Positions 1 to 12,654 of a DNA stretch of 64,000 nt are shown piece after piece (within the stretch, counting starts at the first letter, position 1; each line of letters starts with the position of its first letter). The DNA is taken from NCBI RefSeq assembly GCF_009914755.1, contig NC_060927.1. One strand, given 5' to 3'. Position numbers and translations under genes: made by a program. The DNA comes from the human T2T-CHM13v2.0 reference genome, Homo sapiens. The notes beneath the pieces are model-generated. The model had not been told where the DNA came from. It saw only the letters and a program-made list of their open reading frames with translations, and did no database searches.

Positions 1-964
1 GTGGAGGCAAAGATATGCACCAACTGTCATTCTCAGTAGAATAGCTTTGTTTCTAGCCAGCTCTTTAAAGTCCCCTGCTTTGGAGAATGCCTGGATCCTC
101 ATATGAAAACTCTTCAGCTGCTGATACAAGTGTCAGGAAGGCAAAAGGCTAGAATGAGCTGAACCCGGCAGAAAATGCAAAGAGCTACAAAAGGGCTATT
201 TTTGTTATGCTCAGGGCAAGGAGAACAACAAGACGACATAGCTCTGACGCCTGGAGAGGGTGTTGTGATACTAACAGTGACAGCAAGTGCAGTTACTCAG
301 CCTCCAGTCTGCATCTGTGTTCCCTCAAGATAGAGGAGATGCTTTCCATACAGGGGAGAGGGGACACTGTTTCAGGGAAGTGAGATCCAAAATAAGGTAC
401 CACGATTGTCAGAGTGCCTGCCCTCTCTAAATAAGTCTGAGGCTCCTGGCCCTGATGAATTAAAGCCCAGGCTACTCATGGCATGAAGTCTGAAGTAGCC
501 ACAACATCGATGGTAAACTCTAAAGAATCCAGGAGAATAGGAGATGTACCAGCGAATAAAAAGGAATAAAAATACAAGTTGTGCCAATCACATATCAGTA
601 AGCATCATGCCAATCCCAGACAGACTGCTGTAATGCATTATTAACAAGGGGGACAGGGTGAACACTCAATGCAGCAACGATTACTTGGAATCAGCATGGA
701 TTCGCTAAAAATAATTCATACCAGTCAATGCTCATTCCATTTTTTCATACTCACTGAAGCTGGTGATCAAGAGATTACTATGGTTATAAAATCTGGAATT
801 CAGCAAGGCATTCTGACTAGGTTTTTCATATAACTGACTCCAATGCAAAAATATTTTAAAATGTAGGCTGGACGTAATGAAAATAGGTAGACTAAATAAC
901 CCTCTAAAAGTACTGATTAACCATATCTACATCAATTTAGAATGTCCCTCTTAGAGACTCCCTA

Positions 965-1080
965 AGAGACACAGAGGTTAACATTTTGGGAAAGGTTACA
1001 AAGCTGATAAGTAGGGAAGCTGGGATTTAAACCTGTGAGGGTCTGCCTCCAGAGTCCTTCTCTTAACAACAGCTCTACGG
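965..1080 (-). mobile_element. MIR fragment inserted in L3
   Basis: cacagaggttaac...aaggttacaaagctgataagt..gaagctgggatttaaacc resembles the antisense MIR core. Confidence 0.6.
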
Positions 1081-1667
1081 CTTTGTTAAATCAGCCCTAA
1101 TCTCTAGTGGGAAGCCACGAGGCTCTATCCAGAGCCTGTCCTATTCACGTTCTTATCAACAACTCAGATGGCGATATTGCCATCATTCCACTAAATTTGG
1201 GAATGACCTGAAGCTAAGAAGGGAAACAGCCACTCTAAAAAATCAGAAGCAAAAGTGAAAAAAAAAAAATATCCATCAAGGTGCCCAATTCACAGAAAGT
1301 AAGATGGAATTCTCCAGAGGTAAATGCAAAACATTAAGCATGAGTTTAAAACTATAAGTGGACAAACAGTGGAGAGAAGAAACACTGCTCTCCGCATGGA
1401 AAAGGACTGCACATAGAATGTCTTGATGGTAAATTCAAGATGAGTAAGTCATACAATATGGTTGGTAAAAACATTCATCTTATGTTTCATTAACAAAAGT
1501 ATACTACTCAAAAGTACAGAAGGGCTAGTTCAGTTATACTCCGAAGTAGCTAGACCAGAATCAACAATATCCTATTTTTCAGTTCCATTTAATAAGCATG
1601 ACAACGATCCAGGGTTCATTCAGCATCCATGGCCCAGATGGTCAAAAAGCCAGACCAGCCCCATCTG

Positions 1668-1862
1668 ACAGCGCTTCCCACCACAATGAAACATTCTCTA
1701 TCTCCAATGCAGTAGTCACTACCCACATGTAGCTACTGAGCTCCTGATATGTAACTACTGTAGCTGAGGAACTGAATTTTTAGTTTTGTTTAATTCTAAT
1801 TCATTTAAATTTATGTATCTGCTTGTAGCTTGGGGCTACCAAGTCGGGCTGCACAGCTCTAG
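1668..1862. mobile_element. MER3-like hAT-Charlie MITE
   Basis: gtcactacccacatgtagctactgagc...tgaggaactgaattttt...ggctaccaagtcgggctgcacagctctaga. Confidence 0.65.
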
Positions 1863-2099
1863 ACAACGCCATATGCCAAATGGTGGAAGTAACTCAAAGG
1901 ATGGCAAACCCCCCAAAAATAAAAGGGATTTGGGGACAAAATGACAACAGAATTTAGTATCTGAAGTTCTGTCTTGTGGAAGAGGAATTAGAAATACTGT
2001 TTGCAACCCACCGGGCAGAATTAGGACTTAGAGAAATTACAGTAAGAGAATATCCATGGCGCTGAAGAAGTAACAGCTTAACAGTTACAACAATATCAA

Positions 2100-2222
2100 T
2101 TCTATGAGGGCAGGACCTGTCGTCACCATACTCACCACCTAGCACCTAACACAGTGCCTGGCACCAAGTAGTCCCTCAGTAAATATATCTACTGAATGAG
2201 TGAATGGCTCAATCAACCCATG
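2100..2222 (+). mobile_element. L2 3' end
   Basis: ctatgagggcagg...cacctaacacagtgcctggcac...agtaaatatatctactgaatgagtgaat. Confidence 0.75.
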
Positions 2223-2466
2223 AAATAGGAAACTGTCCAAATGGAACATAAACACCTCAAAAGACTATGAATTCCCCGCCTCCCCAATCTGGAGGAGCCC
2301 CAAGGAGCTGGCTGACAACTTGCTAGGGATACTATGGAAGATCCAGGCTCCACCAAAAGGTAGCTGGACTAAATGGCCTTTAAGTGCTTTCCAGATCTGC
2401 TAAAAGCCTTTTGCCTCTACTATCAGATGGGACTGGGTTCAAATCCTGACACGTAATTCACATGAC

Positions 2467-3044
2467 TGTGTTACTTATCTAATGCTGCATAATGGATTAT
2501 ATGCACTTAGTGACTTCAAGTAATATACATTTGTTATCTCACAGTTTCTTTGGGTCGGAAGCCTGCGTGTGGCTTATCTAGATGCTTTGCTTAGGGTCTC
2601 AAGAAGCTGCACTCAAGGCACTGGGAAGGCCTGCTTTCTCAACTGGAGGCTTGGGGGAGGAAGACTTCCATACTCACAGGGTTGTTGGCAGTATTCACTC
2701 CTTCATCCTTGTGACTGTAGGACTGAGAGCTTCAGGGGTTTTTGCCGGCTCTAAGCCAGAGGTTAAGCTGTTCCTAAAGGTCACCTGCAGTCCTTTACCA
2801 CATGGGCATCCCCAACACACACATTCACTTCTTCAAGCCATCATAGAGTCTCTAGAGCTAGGCAGCTAGCAAGGCAGAGTTTTATATAACATAATCATAG
2901 AAGTGACATCCTATCACCTTTGCTGTATTCTATTGGTTAGAAGCAAGTCAGGTTCCACCCATCTCAAGGGGAGGTGATTATACAAATGTGAGAACACTCA
3001 GATGTGGGGATCATAGGGGCCCACCCTGGTATCTGTCTGTGACA
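2467..3044 (-). mobile_element. MLT1-family MaLR LTR inserted into a MIR (MIR halves ~2430-2466 and ~3045-3140)
   Basis: TG...CA ends, ttatctcacagtttc...ctattggttagaagcaagtca MLT1 motifs; flanks atgac/gtgac resemble a 5-bp TSD; MIR sequence resumes after the insertion. Confidence 0.75.
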
Positions 3045-4134
3045 GTGACCTTAGCAAGTCACTTAACACACTCCAGCTTCTCATCTATAAAAATGAGGCA
3101 ACTAATAGTACAGTGGAATCATGATAGGCACCCTAAATATGCAAACTCACTTTAGGATGTAACCAGAGTCAGGTCTGTCTCCTCAATAGCATTGAAACCT
3201 CACAACAACAAATATAGTAAGATAGATTTAGGTTAAAGAGGCTTAAGATTAAAAGAGAAGCGAGCCAACCCTTTAAGCCAGAGATATACTTAAGAATTCT
3301 CAAGCCATCATCCACTCTATAGAACTTTGATAGAAGCAGAATTCATTCAACATTCATTTATTCAACAAATTTGAATGCCCAGACTTCTGCACGTAGACAT
3401 TCCTTTTGTTCCTTCCTGTGGACTAGCTCAGCAATTCTCAAACTTTAGGGCTAAGAATTGTTCTGCAGGGTTGTACACAAAAATATTTTATGGGATTTTG
3501 CAGGGAGTTATTCTGACTATATACGATTTTTCTTTGCATAGTTCAGCACCAAATCTCATGTGCAATCAGATTCCATTGTACCAACCTCATAGGTTTGTTC
3601 TAATAAAACATCAATAAAAGGTTAACACAATGCTTGGTACTTAATTAAGTGCTTGATAAATATCAACTCTTACCTCCTATTAAACTACAAAGCATGTAAA
3701 AAAGATATGATAGATTTTGCCTGAAATATTAGTTCATTTTAATTTTGCATTCTCCAAAAGAGGGTCAAACTTTGAATTTTTCTCTTCTGCTGAATTTACA
3801 TTTCAATAACTGTAGCCCCAAAACATGTTAAGGGCACGGTTCACATTCAAACAGCTCGCTGCTGAAAGCAAAGACACTGCTGACGTTTGGGAGGAGAGCA
3901 ATTATGCCAAGCCAATCGATAAAATGAACTGTAAAGATGAATCCTCCATGATCCATTTTTTTCCTATAAAAGACTGCATTTGGAGACTTAACAGCTTTCC
4001 CCCATGTTTCTATCATCTTCTCGTAAGGCAAAGACAAAACATCAACCACAGAAAGGTGCTGTCCAATTAGAATCAAATGTTCTTTTCCAAGAGATTTACA
4101 TTCCCTGTGTATTTTGATGGAAAAGACACTAACA

Positions 4135-4282
4135 AAGACTTATGTGTCAAGCACTGTGCTCAACAAGGTCCCATGCTAGCTCATTTACACCTCACACACC
4201 CCAGGTGATGGGTATGATCAACTCAGATAGAGAAACAGAAGCTGTGAGAGAGGTTAAATGATTTGCTCAAGGCCACACAAAT
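4135..4282 (-). mobile_element. MIR
   Basis: agagaaacagaagctgtgagagaggttaaatgatttgctcaaggccacaca. Confidence 0.65.
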
Positions 4283-5139
4283 CGCCCAAACCAATCATTT
4301 GTTCAAAAAATATTTGAGTCTTCTATGGGCTGGACACCACCAGCCACTGCATGGCTTATACCTAAATCGGAGAACAAATCAGGAAGGGAGACACAAAAAT
4401 ACAAGTTCACCTGTAACCATGAGTTAGCAGGGAGGGGATAAGGAGGGAAAACTGCTTAATTTAAGTCGGTATGTCAGAAACGGTCAAACAGAAATAAAAT
4501 GCCACAAACCTTCCTAGGAAGGGTGTGCATACGTTTGGGTGTGCGTCAGCCAGTGGGGCTGCCAGGGCTCAAAGCTCTTATTAGTGGTAATATGTTTCCG
4601 ACCCACACGGAGGGCTCTAGTGCCCAGATCATCAGCCCAAGCGCTGGGAAATCATTTCAATTCTCCACACCTCACCTCCGAAGCATCACTCCCCTCATAA
4701 GCCCCCTTGGATCAATGCTTCATCCTCTGCATTCCAGTGAATCACTGATCCTTCTCCATTCTTTGGGTCCGAGCTCACAGAATATTTCCTGTACTTTCGT
4801 TCTGTTTTTCACCTGACACCACCCCGCAACTCACTGGGAGAGTCAGTCTGTTATTTTCCCCATTGTCTGTATCCCACGAAAGAGGAGCCCACTCCTAAAG
4901 GGGAATATGAGCCAGTTTTGCTTTTCTACACCTGCCGGGGCCCCTTTAATCATGAAACCACAGGGAAGACCTGAAAACCAAAATCCCCCTTCCACTTTTA
5001 CCAGTCTCATCTAATCTGGGTCTTTTTATTTGCTTGCAGAATAGTACATCAAAAGAAAGATTGGGGAGAAGGGGGAAATAGCCATGATTAAAAGACTGCT
5101 GCAACTCAAGGACAGAACCAAAATGTTAGATGCCTGACT

Positions 5140-5400
5140 TCACTACTGGCCGCTAATTAAATGCAAAACAGGAACATTAATTTGAAATGGGATGAGCCAC
5201 ACTATATTGGGTTTTTATTTTTTGCTGCAAAATGAGCCGCCCCTTGGCTCCCTCCCCGATCCTGCCGTGTTTTCGCAGTGTTGGGGACCAGATGAGCGAG
5301 CGAGCGGCATGCCGTTAATCAAGTCTTACTCATCTGTGTGTGCCGCTGCATTCAAAGAGAATTAATAACGGGCTTAGCTGAAAACCGGGAGGACCAAGGT
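5140..5400. promoter_or_regulatory. Candidate intronic enhancer or alternative promoter (local CpG cluster)
   Basis: 12 CpGs in ~240 bp of apparently non-repeat DNA in a CpG-poor background; TAATTA/ATTAAT homeodomain cores; TTCAAAG TCF/LEF-like site. Confidence 0.45.
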
Positions 5401-5904
5401 GCTGCTGGCTCCTGTTCAAGTGCTCCCAGATTCATGGCTGTTCTTTTAAGCCCCAAGAGATCAAACTCAGTTTTACTTCTGTGATAGCTTGAAAATTGCA
5501 AAGCCCCAAGAATACCCTCTCTGGGGCTTCAGAAAACCACTGGAGAGCAACAAAGTCAAAAGGAAAAAACTGAGTTTTCTAGTATTTTCCTCTAGGTGGA
5601 TGTTAATAAAAAGTAAGATATAGATTTTACTCTAAGGCTCAAGGTATTTACCCAGGTTCCTGAATAGAGCATGGCTGCTGGAAGAAGTGTTACTGAAGGT
5701 GATGTGGGGGTAGGAATTCTGCCCCAAAATATTTCCCCAACTGGGTTATACTATTAGAGATCAATTCTTTGGGGTTCTTTAGGAAATGCCTGTCCTAGAG
5801 GAATTAACACGAAAAGACTTTCAGCTGCTAATTCATTTAAACTGCCCTAATTACTTATATGAATAACCACCAAAATAAATAATGAATGCAATGGCTGCTT
5901 CTAC

Positions 5905-6095
5905 CTAATGAAAACTTCCTGTGTCAAAACACTGTGCTGTGTGCTGTACATGCATCTTCCATCTAATCCTCACCTGTTATTTTCTTCCTTTTACAGAGGA
6001 TACCTGAAAGAGCTAACATTTTTTTGCCCAGGGTTGCACAGATAGGACTCAAGCCAAGATTTAAATCCAGGAGAGTGACTCCAGAGCCAGTTTTC
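5905..6095 (-). mobile_element. MIR
   Basis: cactgtgctgtgtgctgtacatgc...ttttacagagga...ttgcccagggttgcacag...gatttaaatccagg. Confidence 0.6.
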
Positions 6096-6524
6096 TAAAG
6101 GCCACCCAGTTCCACCTCCTTGTATACCCGGTGGCTGGGCGGAGTTGCAAAATAAAGCTGGCCATCAGGGAACAGAAAGGAGGGCATGGAGGAGGTGGTA
6201 CCGCCAGCTAGGGCAGCAAAGTGCCCAAGAAGAAGCGGAAAGATGTGATGGAAGGGGCAGGGAAAGGCTGCCAAAGACAAAATGTGTTTTATTTAGCAGA
6301 ATGGTTAAAAGCAGAGCCTTTCAAGCTGGACCACCTGGGTTCCAATGGCAGTTCAAGTCGTGAGCTGCTGGTATTCAATTTACAGTGCTGTTTGTTCCTT
6401 GCTTGCCTTCTCTCCAGCATGCAAGTCCTACAGAATGAGAACCATTTGGAGAAATTATCTGTTACTAATCTGATCAATGTCTGAAAGACAGTCTCAATTA
6501 GAGACAGAGAGAGAAAGAAATTCG

Positions 6525-6710
6525 AGCTCTAGAACTCACTAGGTGTGACCCTGGCAAAATACCTCATCATTCTATACCTCAGTTTCCTCACCTATAAAAT
6601 GAAGACAATAATCCTACCCAACCCAATTAAGTGTGTTAATACATCTAAAGGATTTTAAATAGTGCTTGGCATAAAATAAGTGCTATATGTGTGGTAGCTA
6701 TGTTTTCTTT
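6525..6710 (+). mobile_element. MIR
   Basis: gtgtgaccctggcaaaatacctc...cctcagtttcctcacctataaaatg...atagtgcttggcata. Confidence 0.7.
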
Positions 6711-6779
6711 TAATTATCAATTCTGGCAAGAAGTAGTCCTGACTCCAACAGTCTGAAAAAAACAAGGAAGTGCAACAAA

Positions 6780-7212
6780 AATGAGTGCTTACATCTGCCA
6801 AAAACATGTATGAGAATGTTCACAGAAGCTTTATTTCCCTAGCCAAAACCTAGGTGAAAAAAATAGATGTTCAACACTAGAATAAAGTAGCCTATTCTTA
6901 CAACGAAATACTATGCAACAATGAAGAAGAACTACTGTTACAGGTAACAGCAGACATAGAGTTGGGCAAAAAACTTAGGGAACAATATAAACTATATATT
7001 TCCATTTATAAGAAGCTGTCAAAGAGAAAAAAGTAAGTTCTACTGGTAGTGGTGTGTATGACTAGGAGGGTTACAAAGGACCCATCTGGGTGCTGGAAAT
7101 TCTGCATGCTATGTGAGTTGTGGTTTCATGACTATGTACCTATGTGAACATTCACTAAGCTCTAGTAATTAAGATTTGGACACTTTATTGTAAATTGCAC
7201 CTCAAGTTTTTT
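6780..7212 (+). mobile_element. Old L1M (L1ME-like) 3' fragment
   Basis: catgtatgagaatgttcacagaagctttattt...ttcactaagct...taagatttggacactttattgtaaattgcacctcaa. Confidence 0.6.
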
Positions 7213-7494
7213 AATTAGCAAAAGGTATTAAATCAGTATATGTGATGTGACCTTATGTGTAAAGTTAGTAACTAAGAGTTTTAAAGTTTATTTAAATTGT
7301 GATGCATTCGTGATGCACTTCATCAATTAAGCTACAACATCAAACTCGTTATTAAGATGAGACCAAATATGTCTACTTCAATTAGCATATTTAATAAATA
7401 ATGTAGTAAAAAAACCATGGAAGCGGTGTGCAAATTAGTGACGTTTGGACTTCACTAGACTATGGAGAAGTGGGCACACAGTCCTTTATTCCAG

Positions 7495-7810
7495 CAGGGA
7501 TCAACAAACTTTGTCCATGGGCCAAATCCAGCCCACTGCATGGTTTTGTACACCCTGTAAACTGAGAATCGTGTTGACCTTCCCAAATGGTTGGGGGAAA
7601 AAAAGAATAGTATTTATTGATACATGAAAGTTAAATAAAATTCATATTTCAGTATTCATAAAATGTATTAGAACATGGTCATGCAACATTCGTTTACATA
7701 CCATCGCAGGCTTTTTCCCACTATAACAGTAGCTATAACAGAGTTCATGGGGCCACAAAGTATAAATATTTACTACATAGCCATTTATAGAAAAAGTTTG
7801 TCAATCCCTG
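7495..7810 (+). mobile_element. MER58B-like hAT-Charlie element
   Basis: TIRs cagggatcaacaaactt ... aagtttgtcaatccctg; internal gggccaaatccagcccactgc, aaatatttact. Confidence 0.8.
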
Positions 7811-7844
7811 CTGCTCAAGTGGATACCTTTCATCATTGTCAGTG

Positions 7845-8443
7845 ATGCGGTCCCATGAAGTCACCTCCCTGTTCTAATTCTTTCGTACTAAGAGGCTATT
7901 CTCAAATACCCACCATGATTAATTCCTTGGCTCCAAATTCTGAAGCCCAGTGAGTGTCTAAGCTCTGAGTTCTTAGGACAAGCTCTGGCCCAATGGCAAC
8001 TAGAACACTATTACAAGATCTTTGCCAAAAAAGACAATACAATTACAAACTATCACAAGCAAACATTATGAGTTAGTCTCTTGTACCACATTGAAAAAGT
8101 GTCCTTTTTTTCTGGAATTTTTACTGTGCTCTCAAGTTAGTTCTTGCTTTAAAACCAACCAACTGTAGAGTCCTCTTCTATGTTTTCAAGTCATTACTGC
8201 ATCTTTAAAGTAGAAACATTTAGGGTCATTGTTGGACATGTACAGACAGAAAATAATTGGGCTGCTAATTAGGTGATAAGAAAATTTAACTCTCAAAATG
8301 GTGATGGAAGATGAATTTTCCCACCTCTGAACTTTCAATAGGCTTCAGAATTTGGAGCCAAGAAGTTAATCATGGTGGGTATTTGACAATAGCCTCTTAG
8401 TAAGAAAGAATTAGAACAGGGAGGTGACTTTATGGGACTGCAT
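7845..8443. repeat. 103-bp inverted repeat (arms 7845-7947 and 8341-8443) with a 393-bp spacer
   Basis: Manual alignment of arm 1 to the reverse complement of arm 2: 97/103 identical, no gaps. Confidence 0.95.
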
Positions 8444-9339
8444 TTTTTCCTCCACATGGGAATATCCTTCCTCCTGTCTCCATTGTAGCTAAATCTCCCT
8501 AACTAAACTGATAGTTCACTGAATATGAAATCCATATTAGAATTAATAATCATACCCAGCCCACCACTTTGTGCAAAATGGGCACTTAAGATACATATGA
8601 AGTGAAGAAAAATTTATAAGAGAAATTTCTATCTCCAGTCAATAAATATGGAATTGACCAAGATATGCTGAATTTATCTGCTCATCTCCTTAGACTTTAA
8701 GTGACTATTTTTCTATCTGCAAAGGCAATAACTATTTTTGACAGACAAGTTCAAAACCTACCAGTGTGAATGTGTACTTTTGGAAATAGGGTAAATACCT
8801 TACAATTGTGAGAAATTCTTTCTTGTGGAATGCTGTTTAAGAAATGTTGTGAGGTTCCCACTGACTCCATCTAATGTTAATCATTTATGAAATACTGTGG
8901 TTCAGAGCTCAGCAAGTGAAGTCATTTCAGGCAGTAAATATACGTTTCCTGTCAAAACATATCAAACGGATAAGACTTCAATTTATTTGAGAATAAGTTG
9001 TAACTCACTTCAATATTGGCAATTTGGAGGATTCTCTGATGGCTTTTAATAGCCTTGACAGTTTTCTTCTTCTTGCCCCCAAACCACTGAGTATCTCTCC
9101 ATTTGATCCTTCCCAGAAATGGCCCTCAGTATCTGTCTTCGTAGTATCCATCCCTCCAATTCCAAATCCGTTGTGTGGTTTCCTTTCCCATCACTCGGAT
9201 TTTACAGAACTCAAGTTAGATCTACATGTAACTCGAAGTATTCTGGATTTACAGATTATTACCTCATTAAAACTAGGTCCCAACTTCATTTATGACTGCA
9301 TTCTGCCTGTATCATTTCACCCCACATGTAACAATGCCC

Positions 9340-9790
9340 TAGAAAATAAAAGCTTTGATACAAAAATGTTGTTCTTTTTGCAAAAATTAAGCCTAGTGGT
9401 AGAACGGTCAAGGCAGGTACTTCAGCACCACAGAATCACCAGGGCCTCAGGCAGCTTCTGTCTTTCTGTTCTGCCTTTTTCCCTTCTGCCTCTTATCCTC
9501 AAGGTCACTTCATAGCCCAAAATAGCTGTTGGAGAACCAACTATTACATCACATTCCAGGACTTAGAAAGGAGGAAGATCCAGAAAGGGCTCTACCCCTG
9601 GATTTTAGAAGACTCACTAGAAATAACCACCCAAAACTTCTACATATATCTCCTATGGCTACCCTGGTGAAAGAGAGTCTGTAAAACATAGTCCTGATTC
9701 TGTACAGCTTGTGTCTTACTAGAAATCAGGGTTCCAATTACTAAGGTAGGGGGAAGAATAGATGTGACGTACGTAGCTAGCATCTCTTCC
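9340..9790 (-). mobile_element. Old MLT1 (J/K/L-like) LTR
   Basis: caggcagcttctgtctttctgttctgcc...tcctcaaggtcac...aaaatagctgttggag..aactattacatcacattccagg. Confidence 0.55.
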
Positions 9791-10206
9791 ACCCTGTATT
9801 GCATATATCCATTTTGTATAGATGGACCACCAACAATTAAATAATTGAAAGAAATGTAGAAATGTCTCCAGCATGGGCCCTTTCATCACCTAAGGGAAAC
9901 TTCCAGAAGATTCCACCCCAACCTCTTGGAGGGCAACTTTCACCCCTAGTGAGGAAACACTGATGTACTTCTCAGATTGGACATGGGGGTGTATTGCATA
10001 TTTCCTCATCAGGTTAATGTAATGACAGATTTCAGATATAAACAGCACCTCAACTGCACTTACTATGAGACTGTGGTGGTTCTACAGTTTGAGTTTTTAG
10101 GGCTTTAAAATCTCACAGGTGTTTCTACATCATCCAAGCTCAAAGCAGAATCAGAGACCTCCCCCCCTGTGTGTCAGTGTGGAACAGACTGAAAGTTCCC
10201 AGGAAC

Positions 10207-10531
<325 letters not shown>

Positions 10532-10858
10532 TTACCTAGAACCAAGTGGGAAGGTAGAAACCTAAGCTCTGAATTCAACACTTCTGAGTTTTCACTCTGA
10601 CACCCAGTTTGTGGACGATCAGGACAAGTTGGTAGATGGCAACGTGGCTTCTGGCAGATCTTTAGGAGTAATGATAATGTGCGTTTATACAATGAGCTGT
10701 AGTTTTCGAAGCATTTTCACATAGTCATCAATTGGAAACTCCCATCAGTACTTTATAGCAGGCCAGATCTTTGTAGCTTTGAGTAGGTTAGGGATTTATT
10801 GCTTAAGGTTTTCTCTCATGAGACAACATTTGAGACTTAAATAATGAGAGGAAGCCAG

Positions 10859-10859
10859 A

Positions 10860-10897
<38 letters not shown>
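10859..10897. repeat. (CA)n microsatellite
   Basis: acacacatacacacacacac... Confidence 0.95.
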
Positions 10898-11278
10898 TTT
10901 CACATTCCAGGGAAAGGAAATCAGGTACAGAGCCACCGAACAAGGAAGGAACACATTCACTGTATGGTAAGAAATGAGAGATGGTCAGTGTGGTTACCTC
11001 AGAGGAAGGGGGAGAGGTCGCAAATGACACTGGAGAAAAAATCAGCGCACTGTCAACCGTCATCCTCTGACCCTACTTCTAATGTAACTTTTGCTTGTCC
11101 TACCTCCAGATAGATTTTCAACATGGGAATCTTATCCATCTTCTGCCTCTGTCATCCTCACTCAATCTACTTCTAAAAATGTCTTTCAAGAAACGAAAAA
11201 GAAGCTCTTGTTTTCATTGCAAGCTATGTCTAATTTTAAAATATATACAAAATTCCTAAATTATAAAACTTCATTTGA

Positions 11279-11709
<431 letters not shown>

Positions 11710-12256
11710 TAAACCTTCAAAATATCCCTCTGTAAGAACGAAATTCCAAACCCCTGCCATAGGATTCACACTTAGTAGGCCTTCAATTCTGTCACCTTCC
11801 CTGCAGCTTCCCAAGTCCACTGCTTCAACCAGTTAGGAAAAACAATTTTTAAAAAACATCTTGGCATCCATCAACCAGCATTTTCAAGGGCAAGAAAACA
11901 GCAGCGCCCAAGGAGCTGTCTGAGGTGCTTAAGGTTAATGGCTGTATTTACATAGCCATCAATTCACTTTACAAAGAACTGCCCCAGTAGGACTGTGCAG
12001 CTCCAGCAGGCAGCCCCCGTCAGGACAGAGCAGACAGGAGTCTCTAAACAAGGAGGAAAATGCCTGATAAATCTTAATGACATCGTCTTGTTTTCATTCA
12101 CTTACTTATCACCTTATTTTCAGCTCAAGAGTCTCGAGCCCCTGATCGAACAAAATAGACTACACTTCCATTTCTCCATGAGTCACTCTCTAAAACTTTT
12201 TGGGACTGTAGTAAATTACAATGGCCTTACCTTTTATGATGATGCATACCTTGCAC

Positions 12257-12468
12257 CAGCGCTGTCCGATCGGGCAGCCACTACACATACATGGCTATTT
12301 AAGTTTAAAGCTAAATTAATTAAAATTAAAGAAAATTTAAAATTTGCTTCTTGAGTCACATTAACCACATTTCAAGTACTCAAAAGTGACATGTTGCTTA
12401 GTGGCTCTCACGGTGAACAGCAAGAAGTTTGGAACATTTCCACCATCACAGGGAAGTTCTATTGAAAC
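12257..12468. mobile_element. MER3/MER33-like hAT element
   Basis: cagcgctgtccgat...atggctatttaagtttaa...cacatttcaagtactcaa...gaacatttccaccatcacagggaagttctattg. Confidence 0.7.
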
Positions 12469-12654
12469 ATACAGGAATTTGTAAGATTCTACTTACAGAT
12501 TTTATTGATAATGTCTAGGACTTGACCTGTTCTGGAGTTAACATATCTGAATTCCAAGAGAACATAATGATAAGAGACTTTCTGCAGTCCCCACGTTTTC
12601 CAGACACATTCCCAAGCCACTAGTGCATTGGTGTTTTTAATGCTCTAAAACACA

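Larger units (their letters stand above)
130..2400 (+). mobile_element. Ancient CR1/L3 LINE ORF2 (reverse transcriptase region) and 3' end, degraded and interrupted by younger elements
   Basis: Degenerate codons recall CR1 ORF2 motifs in order: KGFF.Y-like (~185), PGPDEL.PR (~445), QHGF...LISFF...LDFSKAFD (~690-815), SG.PQGS...P.LF..FINDLD..KF.DD.KL (~1100-1220), then a 3' region around 1950-2400. Boundaries approximate. Confidence 0.75.

Noticed and set aside
7845-8443. Interpreting the inverted repeat as a MITE with long TIRs
   Set aside because: No TSD, ends unlike hAT or Tc1/mariner termini, and arms much more similar to each other than the TIRs of neighbouring MER elements; not fully excluded without a Dfam search
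9024-9515. 163-aa ORF
   Set aside because: TTG start, runs into an MLT1 remnant, no splice or homology support
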